Source: Auanema rhodensis
Lineage: Eukaryota; Animalia; Nematoda
DNA length: 64,000 bases
NCBI GenBank assembly: GCA_964057225.1
Contig: OZ059897.1
Coordinates: 4,650,001 to 4,714,000, forward strand
Direction of reading: 5' to 3'
A program made the position numbers and the translations under genes. A model generated the notes under the pieces. The model was not told where the DNA came from, ran no database searches, and saw nothing but the letters and a program-made list of their open reading frames with translations. Shown here one piece after another: positions 1 through 13,050 of the stretch (position 1 is its first letter; each line of letters starts with the position of its first letter).

Positions 1-351
1 GAGTGTACATGGGAACTCAGCATACACTAATGCATTATTTTTTAAACGATCATAACTAATTTTTGTATGGAGCGTTTCTCAATGTAGTATAGTGCATTCG
101 ATGCGGATTTTTAAGCTGCGTTGATCTGTGTTATCAGATTTGCGCTAGCTTAAAAATGCACCGAGTAATCAACTGATATAGGTTCACACTTATATCCTCG
201 ATTTTCACCCTGAAGAATTAATTTTTTCGTTGAAAAACATTGTCCATCGTATTCGTCTTGAAAAAAGGAATCTAAAAACATCTACTTTTTGTGAAATTAT
301 TTAGAAATTTTTCGGGAAAATTTTTGTCACAATGTTTTTGGAAGCAATGTT
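1..351 (+). repeat. Representative satellite monomer (351 bp, about 32% GC, many A/T tracts)
   Basis: Hand count gives 53 C and 61 G in 351 bp, with 12 CpG. The next copy starts at 352. Confidence 0.98.
107..157. repeat. Intra-monomer dyad (imperfect inverted repeat), present with variants in the monomers
   Basis: ATTTTTAAGCT(107-117)-GCG-ttg-ATCTG-tgttat-CAGAT-ttg-CGC-t-AGCTTAAAAAT(147-157): an 11-bp perfect outer stem with 3-bp and 5-bp inner stems. Confidence 0.9.
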
Positions 352-2929
352 GAGTGTACATGGGAACTCAGCATACACTAATGCATTATTTTTCAAACGA
401 TCATAACTGATTTTTGTATAGAGCGTTTCTCAATGTAGTATAGTGCATTCGATGCGGATTTTTAAGCTGCGTCGATCTGTGTTATCAGATTTGAGTTAGC
501 TTAAAAATGCACCGAGATATCAACTGATATATGTTCACACTTATATCCTCGATTTTCACCCTGAAGAAATGATTTTTTCGTTGAAAAACATTGTCCATCG
601 TATTCGTCTTGAAAAAAAGAATCTAAAAACATCTACTTTTTGTGAAATTATTCAGAAATTTTTCGGGAAAATTTTTGTCAAAATGTTTTTGGAAGCAATG
701 TTGAGTGTACATGGGAACTCAACATACACTAATGCATTATTTTTCAAACGATCATAACTAATTTTTGTATGGAGCGTTTCTCAATGTAGTATAGTGCATT
801 CGATGCGGATTTTTGAGCTGCGTTGATCTGTGTTATCAGATTTGCGCTAGCTTAAAAATGCACCGAGTAATCAACTGATATAGGTTCACACTTATATCCT
901 CGATTTTCACCCTGAAGAATTAATTTTTTCGTTGAATAACATTGTCCATCGTCTTTGCCTTGAGAAAAGAAATTTAAAAACTCCTACTTTTTGTGAAATT
1001 ATTTAGAAATTTTTCGGGAAAATTTTTGTCACAATGTTTTTGGAAGCAATGTTGAGTGTACATGGGAACTCAGCATACACTAATGCATTATTTTTCAAAC
1101 GATCATAACTAATTTTTAAATAGAGCGTTTCTTAATGTAGTATAGTGCATTCGATGCGGATTTTTGAGCTGCGTTGATCTGTGTTATCAGATTTGCGCTA
1201 GCTTAAAAATGCACCGAGTAATCAACTGATATATGTTCACACTTATATCCTCGATTTTCACCCTGAAGAAATGATTTTTTCGTTGAAAAACATTGTCCAT
1301 CGTATTCGTCTTGAAAAAAAGAATCTAAAAACATCTACTTTTTGTGAAATTATTTAGAAATTTTTCGGGAAAATTTTTGTCACAATGTTTTTGGAAGCAA
1401 TGTTGAGTGTACATGGGAACTCAGCATACACTAATGCATTATTTTTCAAACGATCATAACTAATTTTTAAATAGAGCGTTTCTCAATGTAGTATAGTGCA
1501 TTCGATGCGGATTTTTGAGCTGCGTTGATCTGTGTTATCAGATTTGAGTTAGCTTAAAAATGCACCGAGATATCAACTGATATATGTTCACACTTATATC
1601 CTCGATTTTCACCCTGAAGAAATGATTTTTTCGTTGAAAAACATTGTCCATCGTCTTTGCCTTGAGAAAAGAAATTTAAAAACTCCTACTTTTTGTGAAA
1701 TTATTTAGAAATTTTTCGGGAAAATTTTTGTCACAATGTTTTTGGAAGCAATGTTGAGTGTACATGGGAACTCAGCATACATTAATGCATTATTTTTCAA
1801 ACGATCATAACTAATTTTTAAATAGAGCGTTTCTTAATGTAGTATAGTGCATTCGATGCGGATTTTTGAGCTGCGTTGATCTGTGTTATCAGATTTGCGC
1901 TAGCTTAAAAATGCACCGAGTAATCAACTGATATATGTTCACACTTATATCCTCGATTTTCACCCTGAAGAAATGATTTTTTCGTTGAAAAACATTGTCC
2001 ATCGTATTCGTCTTGAAAAAAAGAATCTAAAAACATCTACTTTTTGTGAAATTATTTAGAAATTTTTCGGGAAAATTTTTGTCACAATGTTTTTGGAAGC
2101 AATGTTGAGTGTACATGGGAACTCAGCATACACTAATGCATTATTTTTCAAACGATCATAACTAATTTTTAAATAGAGCGTTTCTCAATGTAGTATAGTG
2201 CATTCGATGCGGATTTTTGAGCTGCGTTGATCTGTGTTATCAGATTTGAGTTAGCTTAAAAATGCACCGAGTAATCAACTGATATATGTTCACACTTATA
2301 TCCTCGATTTTCACCCTGAAGAAATGATTTTTTCGTTGAAAAACATTGTCCATCGTATTCGTCTTGAAAAAAAGAATCTAAAAACATCTACTTTTTGTGA
2401 AATTATTTAGAAATTTTTCGGGAAAATTTTTGTCACAATGTTTTTGGAAGCAATGTTGAGTGTACATGGGAACTCAGCATACACTAATGCATTATTTTTC
2501 AAACGATCATAACTAATTTTTAAATAGAGCGTTTCTCAATGTAGTATAGTGCATTCGATGCGGATTTTTGAGCTGCGTTGATCTGTGTTATCAGATTTGA
2601 GTTAGCTTAAAAATGCACCGAGATATCAACTGATATATGTTCACACTTATATCCTCGATTTTCACCCTGAAGAAATGATTTTTTCGTTGAAAAACATTGT
2701 CCATCGTATTCGTCTTGAAAAAAAGAATCTAAAAACATCTACTTTTTGTGAAATTATTCAGAAATTTTTCGGGAAAATTTTTGTCAAAATGTTTTTGGAA
2801 GCAATGTTGAGTGTACATGGGAACTCAACATACACTAATGCATTATTTTTCAAACGATCATAACTAATTTTTGTATGGAGCGTTTCTCAATGTAGTATAG
2901 TGCATTCGATGCGGATTTTTAAGCTGCGT

Positions 2930-5900
2930 TGATCTGTGTTATCAGATTTGCGCTAGCTTAAAAATGCACCGAGTAATCAACTGATATAGGTTCACACTTA
3001 TATCCTCGATTTTCACCCTGAAGAATTAATTTTTTCGTTGAATAACATTGTCCATCGTCTTTGCCTTGAAAAAAGAAATCTAAAAACTCCTACTTTTCGT
3101 GAAATTATTTAGAAATTTTTCGGGAAAATTTTTGTCACAATGTTTTTGGAAGCAATGTTGAGTGTACATGGGAACTCAGCATACACTAATGCATTATTTT
3201 TCAAACGATCATAACTAATTTTTGTATAGAGCGTTTCTCAATGTAGTATAGTGCATTCGATGCGGATTTTTAAGCTGCGTCGATCTGTGTTATCAGATTT
3301 GAGTTAGCTTGAAAATGCACCGAGATATCAACTGATATATGTTCACACTTATATCCTCGATTTTCACCCTGAAGAAATGATTTTTTCGTTGAAAAACATT
3401 GTCCATCGTATTCGTCTTGAAAAAAGGAATCTAAAAACATCTACTTTTTGTGAAATTATTTAGAAATTTTTCGGGAAAATTTTTGTCACAATGTTTTTGG
3501 AAGCAATGTTGAGTGTACATGGGAACTCAGCATACACTAATGCATTATTTTTCAAACGATCATAACTAATTTTTGTATAGAGCGTTTCTCAATGTAGTAT
3601 AGTGCATTCGATGCGGATTTTTAAGCTGCGTCGATCTGTGTTATCAGATTTGAGTTAGCTTAAAAATGCACCGAGATATCAACTGATATATGTTCACACT
3701 TATATCCTCGATTTTCACCCTGAAGAAATTATTTTTTCGTTGAAAAACATTGTCCATCCTATTCGTCTTGAAAAAAAGAATCTAAAAACATCTACTTTTT
3801 GTGAAATTATTCAGAAATTTTTCGGGAAAATTTTTGTCAAAATGTTTTTGGAAGCAATGTTGAGTGTACATGGGAACTCAACATACACTAATGCATTATT
3901 TTTCAAACGATCATAACTAATTTTTGTATGGAGCGTTTCTCAATGTAGTATAGTGCATTCGATGCGGATTTTTGAGCTGCGTTGATCTGTGTTATCAGAT
4001 TTGCGCTAGCTTAAAAATGCACCGAGTAATCAACTGATATAGGTTCACACTTATATCCTCGATTTTCACCCTGAAGAATTAATTTTTTCGTTGAATAACA
4101 TTGTCCATCGTCTTTGCCTTGAGAAAAGAAATCTAAAAACTCCTACTTTTTGTGAAATTATTTAGAAATTTTTCGGGAAAATTTTTGTCACAATGTTTTT
4201 GGAAGCAATGTTGAGTGTACATGGGAACTCAGCATACACTAATGCATTATTTTTCAAACGATCATAACTAATTTTTAAATAGAGCGTTTCTCAATGTAGT
4301 ATAGTGCATTCGATGCGGATTTTTGAGCTGCGTTGATCTGTGTTATCAGATTTGAGTTAGCTTAAAAATGCACCGAGATATCAACTGATATATGTTCACA
4401 CTTATATCCTCGATTTTCACCCTGAAGAAATGATTTTTTCGTTGAAAAACATTGTCCATCGTATTCGTCTTGAAAAAAAGAATCTAAAAACATCTACTTT
4501 TTGTGAAATTATTCAGAAATTTTTCGGGAAAATTTTTGTCAAAATGTTTTTGGAAGCAATGTTGAGTGTACATGGAAACTCAACATACACTAATGCATCA
4601 TTTTTCAAACGATCATAACTAAATTTTGTATTGAGTGTTTCTTAATGTAATATAGTGCATTCGATGCGGATTTTTAAGCTGCATCGATCTGTGTTATCAG
4701 ATTTGCGCTAGCTTAAAAATGCACCGAGTAATCAACTGATATAGGTTCACACTTATATCCTCGATTTTCACCCTGAAGAATTAATTTTTTCGTTGAATAA
4801 CATTGTCCATCGTCTTTGCCTTGAAAAAAGATATCTAAAAACTCCTACTTTTCGTGAAATTATTTAGAAATTTTTCGGGAAAATTTTTGTCACAATGTTT
4901 TTGGAAGCAATGTTGAGTGTACATGGGAACTCAGCATACACTAATGCATTATTTTTCAAACGATCATAACTAATTTTTGTATAGAGCGTTTCTCAATGTA
5001 GTATAGTGCATTCGATGCGGATTTTTAAGCTGCGTCGATCTGTGTTATCAGATTTGAGTTAGCTTGAAAATGCACCGAGATATCAACTGATATATGTTCA
5101 CACTTATATCCTCGATTTTCACCCTGAAGAAATGATTTTTTCGTTGAAAAACATTGTCCATCGTATTCGTCTTGAAAAAAGGAATCTAAAAACATCTACT
5201 TTTTGTGAAATTATTTAGAAATTTTTCGGGAAAATTTTTGTCACAATGTTTTTGGAAGCAATGTTGAGTGTACATGGGAACTCAGCATACACTAATGCAT
5301 TATTTTTCAAACGATCATAACTAATTTTTGTATAGAGCGTTTCTCAATGTAGTATAGTGCATTCGATGCGGATTTTTAAGCTGCGTCGATCTGTGTTATC
5401 AGATTTGAGTTAGCTTAAAAATGCACCGAGATATCAACTGATATATGTTCACACTTATATCCTCGATTTTCACCCTGAAGAAATTATTTTTTCGTTGAAA
5501 AACATTGTCCATCCTATTCGTCTTGAAAAAAAGAATCTAAAAACATCTACTTTTTGTGAAATTATTCAGAAATTTTTCGGGAAAATTTTTGTCAAAATGT
5601 TTTTGGAAGCAATGTTGAGTGTACATGGGAACTCAACATACACTAATGCATTATTTTTCAAACGATCATAACTAATTTTTGTATGGAGCGTTTCTCAATG
5701 TAGTATAGTGCATTCGATGCGGATTTTTGAGCTGCGTCGATCTGTGTTATCAGATTTGCGCTAGCTTAAAAATGCACCGAGTAATCAACTGATATAGGTT
5801 CACACTTATATCCTCGATTTTCACCCTGAAGAATTAATTTTTTCGTTGAATAACATTGTCCATCGTCTTTGCCTTGAGAAAAGAAATCTAAAAACTCCTA

Positions 5901-7860
5901 CTTTTTGTGAAATTATTTAGAAATTTTTCGGGAAAATTTTTGTCACAATGTTTTTGGAAGCAATGTTGAGTGTACATGGGAACTCAGCATACACTAATGC
6001 ATTATTTTTCAAACGATCATAACTAATTTTTAAATAGAGCGTTTCTCAATGTAGTATAGTGCATTCGATGCGGATTTTTGAGCTGCGTTGATCTGTGTTA
6101 TCAGATTTGAGTTAGCTTAAAAATGCACCGAGATATCAACTGATATATGTTCACACTTATATCCTCGATTTTCACCCTGAAGAAATGATTTTTTCGTTGA
6201 AAAACATTGTCCATCGTATTCGTCTTGAAAAAAAGAATCTAAAAACATCTACTTTTTGTGAAATTATTCAGAAATTTTTCGGGAAAATTTTTGTCAAAAT
6301 GTTTTTGGAAGCAATGTTGAGTGTACATGGAAACTCAACATACACTAATGCATCATTTTTCAAACGATCATAACTAAATTTTGTATTGAGTGTTTCTTAA
6401 TGTAATATAGTGCATTCGATGCGGATTTTTAAGCTGCATCGATCTGTGTTATCAGATTTGCGCTAGCTTAAAAATGCACCGAGTAATCAACTGATATAGG
6501 TTCACACTTATATCCTCGATTTTCACCCTGAAGAATTAATTTTTTCGTTGAATAACATTGTCCATCGTCTTTGCCTTGAAAAAAGATATCTAAAAACTCC
6601 TACTTTTCGTGAAATTATTTAGAAATTTTTCGGGAAAATTTTTGTCACAATGTTTTTGGAAGCAATGTTGAGTGTACATGGGAACTCAGCATACACTAAT
6701 GCATTATTTTTCAAACGATCATAACTAATTTTTGTATAGAGCGTTTCTCAATGTAGTATAGTGCATTCGATGCGGATTTTTAAGCTGCGTCGATCTGTGT
6801 TATCAGATTTGAGTTAGCTTGAAAATGCACCGAGATATCAACTGATATATGTTCACACTTATATCCTCGATTTTCACCCTGAAGAAATGATTTTTTCGTT
6901 GAAAAACATTGTCCATCGTATTCGTCTTGAAAAAAGGAATCTAAAAACATCTACTTTTTGTGAAATTATTTAGAAATTTTTCGGGAAAATTTTTGTCACA
7001 ATGTTTTTGGAAGCAATGTTGAGTGTACATGGGAACTCAGCATACACTAATGCATTATTTTTCAAACGATCATAACTAATTTTTGTATAGAGCGTTTCTC
7101 AATGTAGTATAGTGCATTCGATGCGGATTTTTAAGCTGCGTCGATCTGTGTTATCAGATTTGAGTTAGCTTAAAAATGCACCGAGATATCAACTGATATA
7201 TGTTCACACTTATATCCTCGATTTTCACCCTGAAGAAATTATTTTTTCGTTGAAAAACATTGTCCATCCTATTCGTCTTGAAAAAAAGAATCTAAAAACA
7301 TCTACTTTTTGTGAAATTATTCAGAAATTTTTCGGGAAAATTTTTGTCAAAATGTTTTTGGAAGCAATGTTGAGTGTACATGGGAACTCAACATACACTA
7401 ATGCATTATTTTTCAAACGATCATAACTAATTTTTGTATGGAGCGTTTCTCAATGTAGTATAGTGCATTCGATGCGGATTTTTGAGCTGCGTTGATCTGT
7501 GTTATCAGATTTGCGCTAGCTTAAAAATGCACCGAGTAATCAACTGATATAGGTTCACACTTATATCCTCGATTTTCACCCTGAAGAATTAATTTTTTCG
7601 TTGAATAACATTGTCCATCGTCTTTGCCTTGAGAAAAGAAATCTAAAAACTCCTACTTTTTGTGAAATTATTTAGAAATTTTTCGGGAAAATTTTTGTCA
7701 CAATGTTTTTGGAAGCAATGTTGAGTGTACATGGGAACTCAGCATACACTAATGCATTATTTTTCAAACGATCATAACTAATTTTTAAATAGAGCGTTTC
7801 TCAATGTAGTATAGTGCATTCGATGCGGATTTTTGAGCTGCGTTGATCTGTGTTATCAGA
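2930..7860 (+). repeat. 5-mer higher-order repeat (1755 bp, about 2.8 copies)
   Basis: GAGTTAGCTTGAAAA at 3301/5056/6811, TACTTTTCGT at 3091/4846/6601 and CATCCTATTCG near 3755/5510/7265 are all spaced 1755 bp apart. Boundaries are approximate. Confidence 0.9.
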
Positions 7861-10800
7861 TTTGCGCTAGCTTAAAAATGCACCGAGTAATCAACTGATA
7901 TAGGTTCACACTTATATCCTCGATTTTCACCCTGAAGAATTAATTTTTTCGTTGAATAACATTGTCCATCGTCTTTGCCTTGAAAAAAGAAATCTAAAAA
8001 CTCCTACTTTTTGTGAAATTATTTAGAAATTTTTCGGGAAAATTTTTGTCACAATGTTTTTGGAAGCAATGTTGAGTGTACATGGGAACTCAGCATACAC
8101 TAATGCATTATTTTTCAAACGATCATAACTAATTTTTGTATAGAGCGTTTCTCAATGTAGTATAGTGCATTCGATGCGGATTTGTAAGCTGCGTCGATCT
8201 GTGTTATCAGATTGGAGTTAGCTTAAAAATGCACCGAGATATCAACTGATATATGTTCACACTTATATCCTCGATTTTCACCCTGAAGAAATGATTTTTT
8301 TGTTGAAAAACATTGTCCATCGTATTCGTCTTAAAAAAAGGAATCTAAAAACATCTACTTTTTGTGAAATTATTTAGAAATTTTTCGGGAAAATTTTTGT
8401 CAAAATGTTTTTGGAAGCAATGTTGAGTGTACATGGGAACTCAGCATACACTAATGCATTATTTTTCAAACGATCATAACTAATTTTTGTATAGAGCGTT
8501 TCTCAATGTAGTATAGTGCATTCGATGCGGATTTTTAAGCTGCGTCGATCTGTGTTATCAGATTTGAGTTAGCTTAAAAATGCACCGAGATATCAACTGA
8601 TATATGTTCACACTTATATCCTCGATTTTCACCCTGAAGAAATGATTTTTTCGTTAAAAAACATTGTCCATCGTATTCGTCTTGAAAAAAGGAATCTAAA
8701 AACATCTACTTTTTGTGAAATTATTTAGAAATTTTTCGGGAAAATTTTTGTCAAAATGTTTTTGGAAGCAATGTTGAGTGTACATGGGAACTCAACATAC
8801 ACTAATGCATTATTTTTCAAACGATCATAACTAATTTTTGTATAGAGCGTTTCTCATTGTAGTATAGTGCATTCGATGCGGATTTTTAAGCTGCGTTGAT
8901 CTGTGTTATCAGATTTGAGTTAACTTAAAAATGCACCGAGATATCAACTGATATATGTTCACACTTATATCCTCGATTTTCACCCTGAAGAACTAATTTT
9001 TTCGTTGAATAACATTGTCTATCGTCTTTGCCTTGAAAAAAGGAATCTAAAAATATCTACTTTTTGTGAAATTATTTAGAAATTTTTCGGGAAAATTTTT
9101 GTCAAAATGTTTTTGGAAGCAATGTTGAGTGTACATGGGAACTCAACATACACTAATGCATTATTTTTCAAACGATCATAACTAATTTTTGTATAGAGCG
9201 TTTCTCATTGTAGTATAGTGCATTCGATGCGGATTTTTAAGCTGCGTTGATCTGTGTTATCAGATTTGAGTTAACTTAAAAATGCACCGAGATATCAACT
9301 GATATATGTTCACACTTATATCCTCGATTTTCACCCTGAAGAAATGATTTTTTCGTTGAAAAACATTGTCCATCGTATTCGTCTTGAAAAAAGGAATCTA
9401 AAAACATCTACTTTTTGTGAAATTATTTAGAAATTTTTCGGGAAAATTTTTGTCAAAATGTTTTTGGAAGCAATGTTGAGTGTACATGGGAACTCAGCAT
9501 ACACTAATGCATTATTTTTCAAACGATCATAACTAATTTTTGTATAGAGCGTTTCTCAATGTAGTATAGTGCATTCGATGCGGATTTTTAAGCTGCGTCG
9601 ATCTGTGTTATCAGATTTGAGTTAGCTTAAAAATGCACCGAGATATCAACTGATATATGTTCACACTTATATCCTCGATTTTCACCCTGAAGAAATGATT
9701 TTTTCGTTAAAAAACATTGTCCATCGTATTTGTCTTGAAAAAAGGAATCTAAAAACATCTACTTTTTGTGAAATTATTTAGAAATTTTTCGGGAAAATTT
9801 TTGTCAAAATGTTTTTGGAAGCAATGTTGAGTGTACATGGGAACTCAACATACACTAATGCATTATTTTTCAAACGATCATAACTAATTTTTGTATAGAG
9901 CGTTTCTCATTGTAGTATAGTGCATTCGATGCGGATTTTTAAGCTGCGTTGATCTGTGTTATCAGATTTGAGTTAACTTAAAAATGCACCGAGATATCAA
10001 CTGATATATGTTCACACTTATATCCTCGATTTTCACCCTGAAGAAATGATTTTTTCGTTAAAAAACATTGTCCATCGTATTCGTCTTGAAAAAAGGAATC
10101 TAAAAACATCTACTTTTTGTGAAATTATTTAGAAATTTTTCGGGAAAATTTTTGTCAAAATGTTTTTGGAAGCAATGTTGAGTGTACATGGGAACTCAAC
10201 ATACACTAATGCATTATTTTTCAAACGATCATAACTAATTTTTGTATAGAGCGTTTCTCAATGTAGTATAGTGCATTCGATGCGGATTTTTAAGTTGCGT
10301 CGATCTGTGTTATCAGATTTGCGCTAGCTTAAAAATGCACCGAGATATCAACTGATATAAGTTCACACTTATATCCTCGATTTTCACCCTGAAGAACTAA
10401 TTTTTTCGTTGAATAACATTGTCTATCGTCTTTGCCTTGAAAAAAGGAATCTAAAAACATCTACTTTTTGTGAAATTATTTAGAAATTTTTCGGGAAAAT
10501 TTTTGTCAAAATGTTTTTGGAAGCAATGTTGAGTGTACATGGGAACTCAACATACACTAATGCATTATTTTTCAAACGATCATAACTAATTTTTGTATAG
10601 AGCGTTTCTCAATGTAGTATAGTGCATTCGATGCGGATTTTTAAGCTGCGTCGATCTGTGTTATCAGATTTGCGCTAGCTTAAAAATGCACCGAGATATC
10701 AACTGATATAAGTTCACACTTATATCCTCGATTTTCACCCTGAAGAACTAATTTTTTCGTTGAATAACATTGTCTATCGTCTTTGCCTTGAAAAAAGGAA

Positions 10801-10999
10801 TCTAAAAACATCTACTTTTTGTGAAATTATTTAGAAATTTTTCGGGAAAATTTTTGTCAAAATGTTTTTGGAAGCAATGTTGAGTGTACATGGGAACTCA
10901 ACATACACTAATGCATTATTTTTCAAACGATCATAACTAATTTTTGTATAGAGCGTTTCTCATTGTAGTATAGTGCATTCGATGCGGATTTTTAAGCTG

Positions 11000-13050
11000 C
11001 GTTGATCTGTGTTATCAGATTTGAGTTAACTTAAAAATGCACCGAGATATCAACTGATATATGTTCACACTTATATCCTCGATTTTCACCCTGAAGAAAT
11101 GATTTTTTCGTTGAAAAACATTGTCCATCGTATTCGTCTTGAAAAAAGGAATCTAAAAACATCTACTTTCTGTGAAATTATTTAGAAATTTTTCGGGAAA
11201 ATTTTTGTCAAAATGTTTTTGGAAGCAATGTTGAGTGTACATGGGAACTCAGCATACACTAATGCATTATTTTTCAAACGATCATAACTAATTTTTGTAT
11301 AGAGCGTTTCTCAATGTAGTATAGTGCATTCGATGCGGATTTTTAAGCTGCGTCGATCTGTGTTATCAGATTTGCGCTAGCTTAAAAATGCACCGAGATA
11401 TCAACTGATATAAGTTCACACTTATATCCTCGATTTTCACCCTGAAGAACTAATTTTTTCGTTGAATAACATTGTCTATCGTCTTTGCCTTGAAAAAAGG
11501 AATCTAAAAACATCTACTTTTTGTGAAATTATTTAGAAATTTTTCGGGAAAATTTTTGTCAAAATGTTTTTGGAAGCAATGTTGAGTGTACATGGGAACT
11601 CAACATACACTAATGCATTATTTTTCAAACGATCATAACTAATTTTTGTATAGAGCGTTTCTCATTGTAGTATAGTGCATTCGATGCGGATTTTTAAGCT
11701 GCGTTGATCTGTGTTATCAGATTTGAGTTAACTTAAAAATGCACCGAGATATCAACTGATATATGTTCACACTTATATCCTCGATTTTCACCGTGAAGAA
11801 ATGATTTTTTCGTTGAAAAACATTGTCCATCGTATTCGTCTTGAAAAAAGGAATCTAAAAACATCTACTTTCTGTGAAATTATTTAGAAATTTTTCGGGA
11901 AAATTTTTGTCAAAATGTTTTTGGAAGCAATGTTGAGTGTACATGGGAACTCAACATACACTAATGCATTATTTTTCATACGATCATAACTAATTTTTGT
12001 ATAGAGCGTTTCTCATTGTAGTATAGTGCATTCGATGCGGATTTTTAAGCTGCGTTGATCTGTGTTATCAGATTTGAGTTAACTTAAAAATGCACCGAGA
12101 TATCAACTGATATATGTTCACACTTATATCCTCGATTTTCACCCTGAAGAAATGATTTTTTCGTTGAAAAACATTGTCCATCGTATTCGTCTTGAAAAAA
12201 GGAATCTAAAAACATCTACTTTCTGTGAAATTATTTAGAAATTTTTCGGGAAAATTTTTGTCAAAATGTTTTTGGAAGCAATGTTGAGTGTACATGGGAA
12301 CTCAGCATACACTAATGCATTATTTTTCAAACGATCATAACTAATTTTTGTATAGAGCGTTTCTCAATGTAGTATAGTGCATTCGATGCGGATTTTTAAG
12401 CTGCGTCGATCTGTGTTATCAGATTTGCGCTAGCTTAAAAATGCACCGAGATATCAACTGATATAAGTTCACACTTATATCCTCGATTTTCACCCTGAAG
12501 AACTAATTTTTTCGTTGAATAACATTGTCTATCGTCTTTGCCTTGAAAAAAGGAATCTAAAAACATCTACTTTTTGTGAAATTATTTAGAAATTTTTCGG
12601 GAAAATTTTTGTCAAAATGTTTTTGGAAGCAATGTTGAGTGTACATGGGAACTCAACATACACTAATGCATTATTTTTCAAACGATCATAACTAATTTTT
12701 GTATAGAGCGTTTCTCATTGTAGTATAGTGCATTCGATGCGGATTTTTAAGCTGCGTTGATCTGTGTTATCAGATTTGAGTTAACTTAAAAATGCACCGA
12801 GATATCAACTGATATATGTTCACACTTATATCCTCGATTTTCACCGTGAAGAAATGATTTTTTCGTTGAAAAACATTGTCCATCGTATTCGTCTTGAAAA
12901 AAGGAATCTAAAAACATCTACTTTCTGTGAAATTATTTAGAAATTTTTCGGGAAAATTTTTGTCAAAATGTTTTTGGAAGCAATGTTGAGTGTACATGGG
13001 AACTCAACATACACTAATGCATTATTTTTCATACGATCATAACTAATTTT
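11000..13050 (+). repeat. 3-mer local duplication (1053 bp)
   Basis: The private variant CACCGTGAAG near 11790 and 12843, and TTTTCATACG near 11973 and 13026, are each 1053 bp apart. Boundaries are approximate. Confidence 0.8.

Noticed and set aside
107-157. Compensatory or wobble-preserving variation implying a selected RNA hairpin
   Set aside because: Some variants (TTTTTGAGCT, AGCTTGAAAA) keep G-U pairs, but the common GTTAACTT variant and the right-arm AAAATTCCG variant break the stem, and I saw no true covariation.
225-241. CENP-B-box-like TTTCGTTGAAAAACATT
   Set aside because: It matches the TTCG....A half of the box but lacks the essential CGGG, so it is not a canonical CENP-B box.
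1-351. Tandem 5S rRNA, tRNA, snRNA or spliced-leader gene unit
   Set aside because: I see no recognisable RNA gene sequence, cloverleaf or Pol III box arrangement. An Rfam/Infernal scan would be the definitive test.
1-351. Assignment to known satellites of similar size (Drosophila 359-bp 1.688 family, Tribolium TCAST 360 bp) or a dimer of 175-bp halves
   Set aside because: Only length and AT content are similar. I recognise no sequence match, and the two halves of the monomer do not visibly align.
569-757. 62-aa ORF MIFSLKNIVHR..., also at 2675, 4430, 6185 and 22403
   Set aside because: It is open only where a TTTAG-to-TTCAG variant removes a stop in an ATG-bearing monomer. Most monomers have the stop, and the F/K-rich sequence reflects A/T tracts with no recognisable domain.
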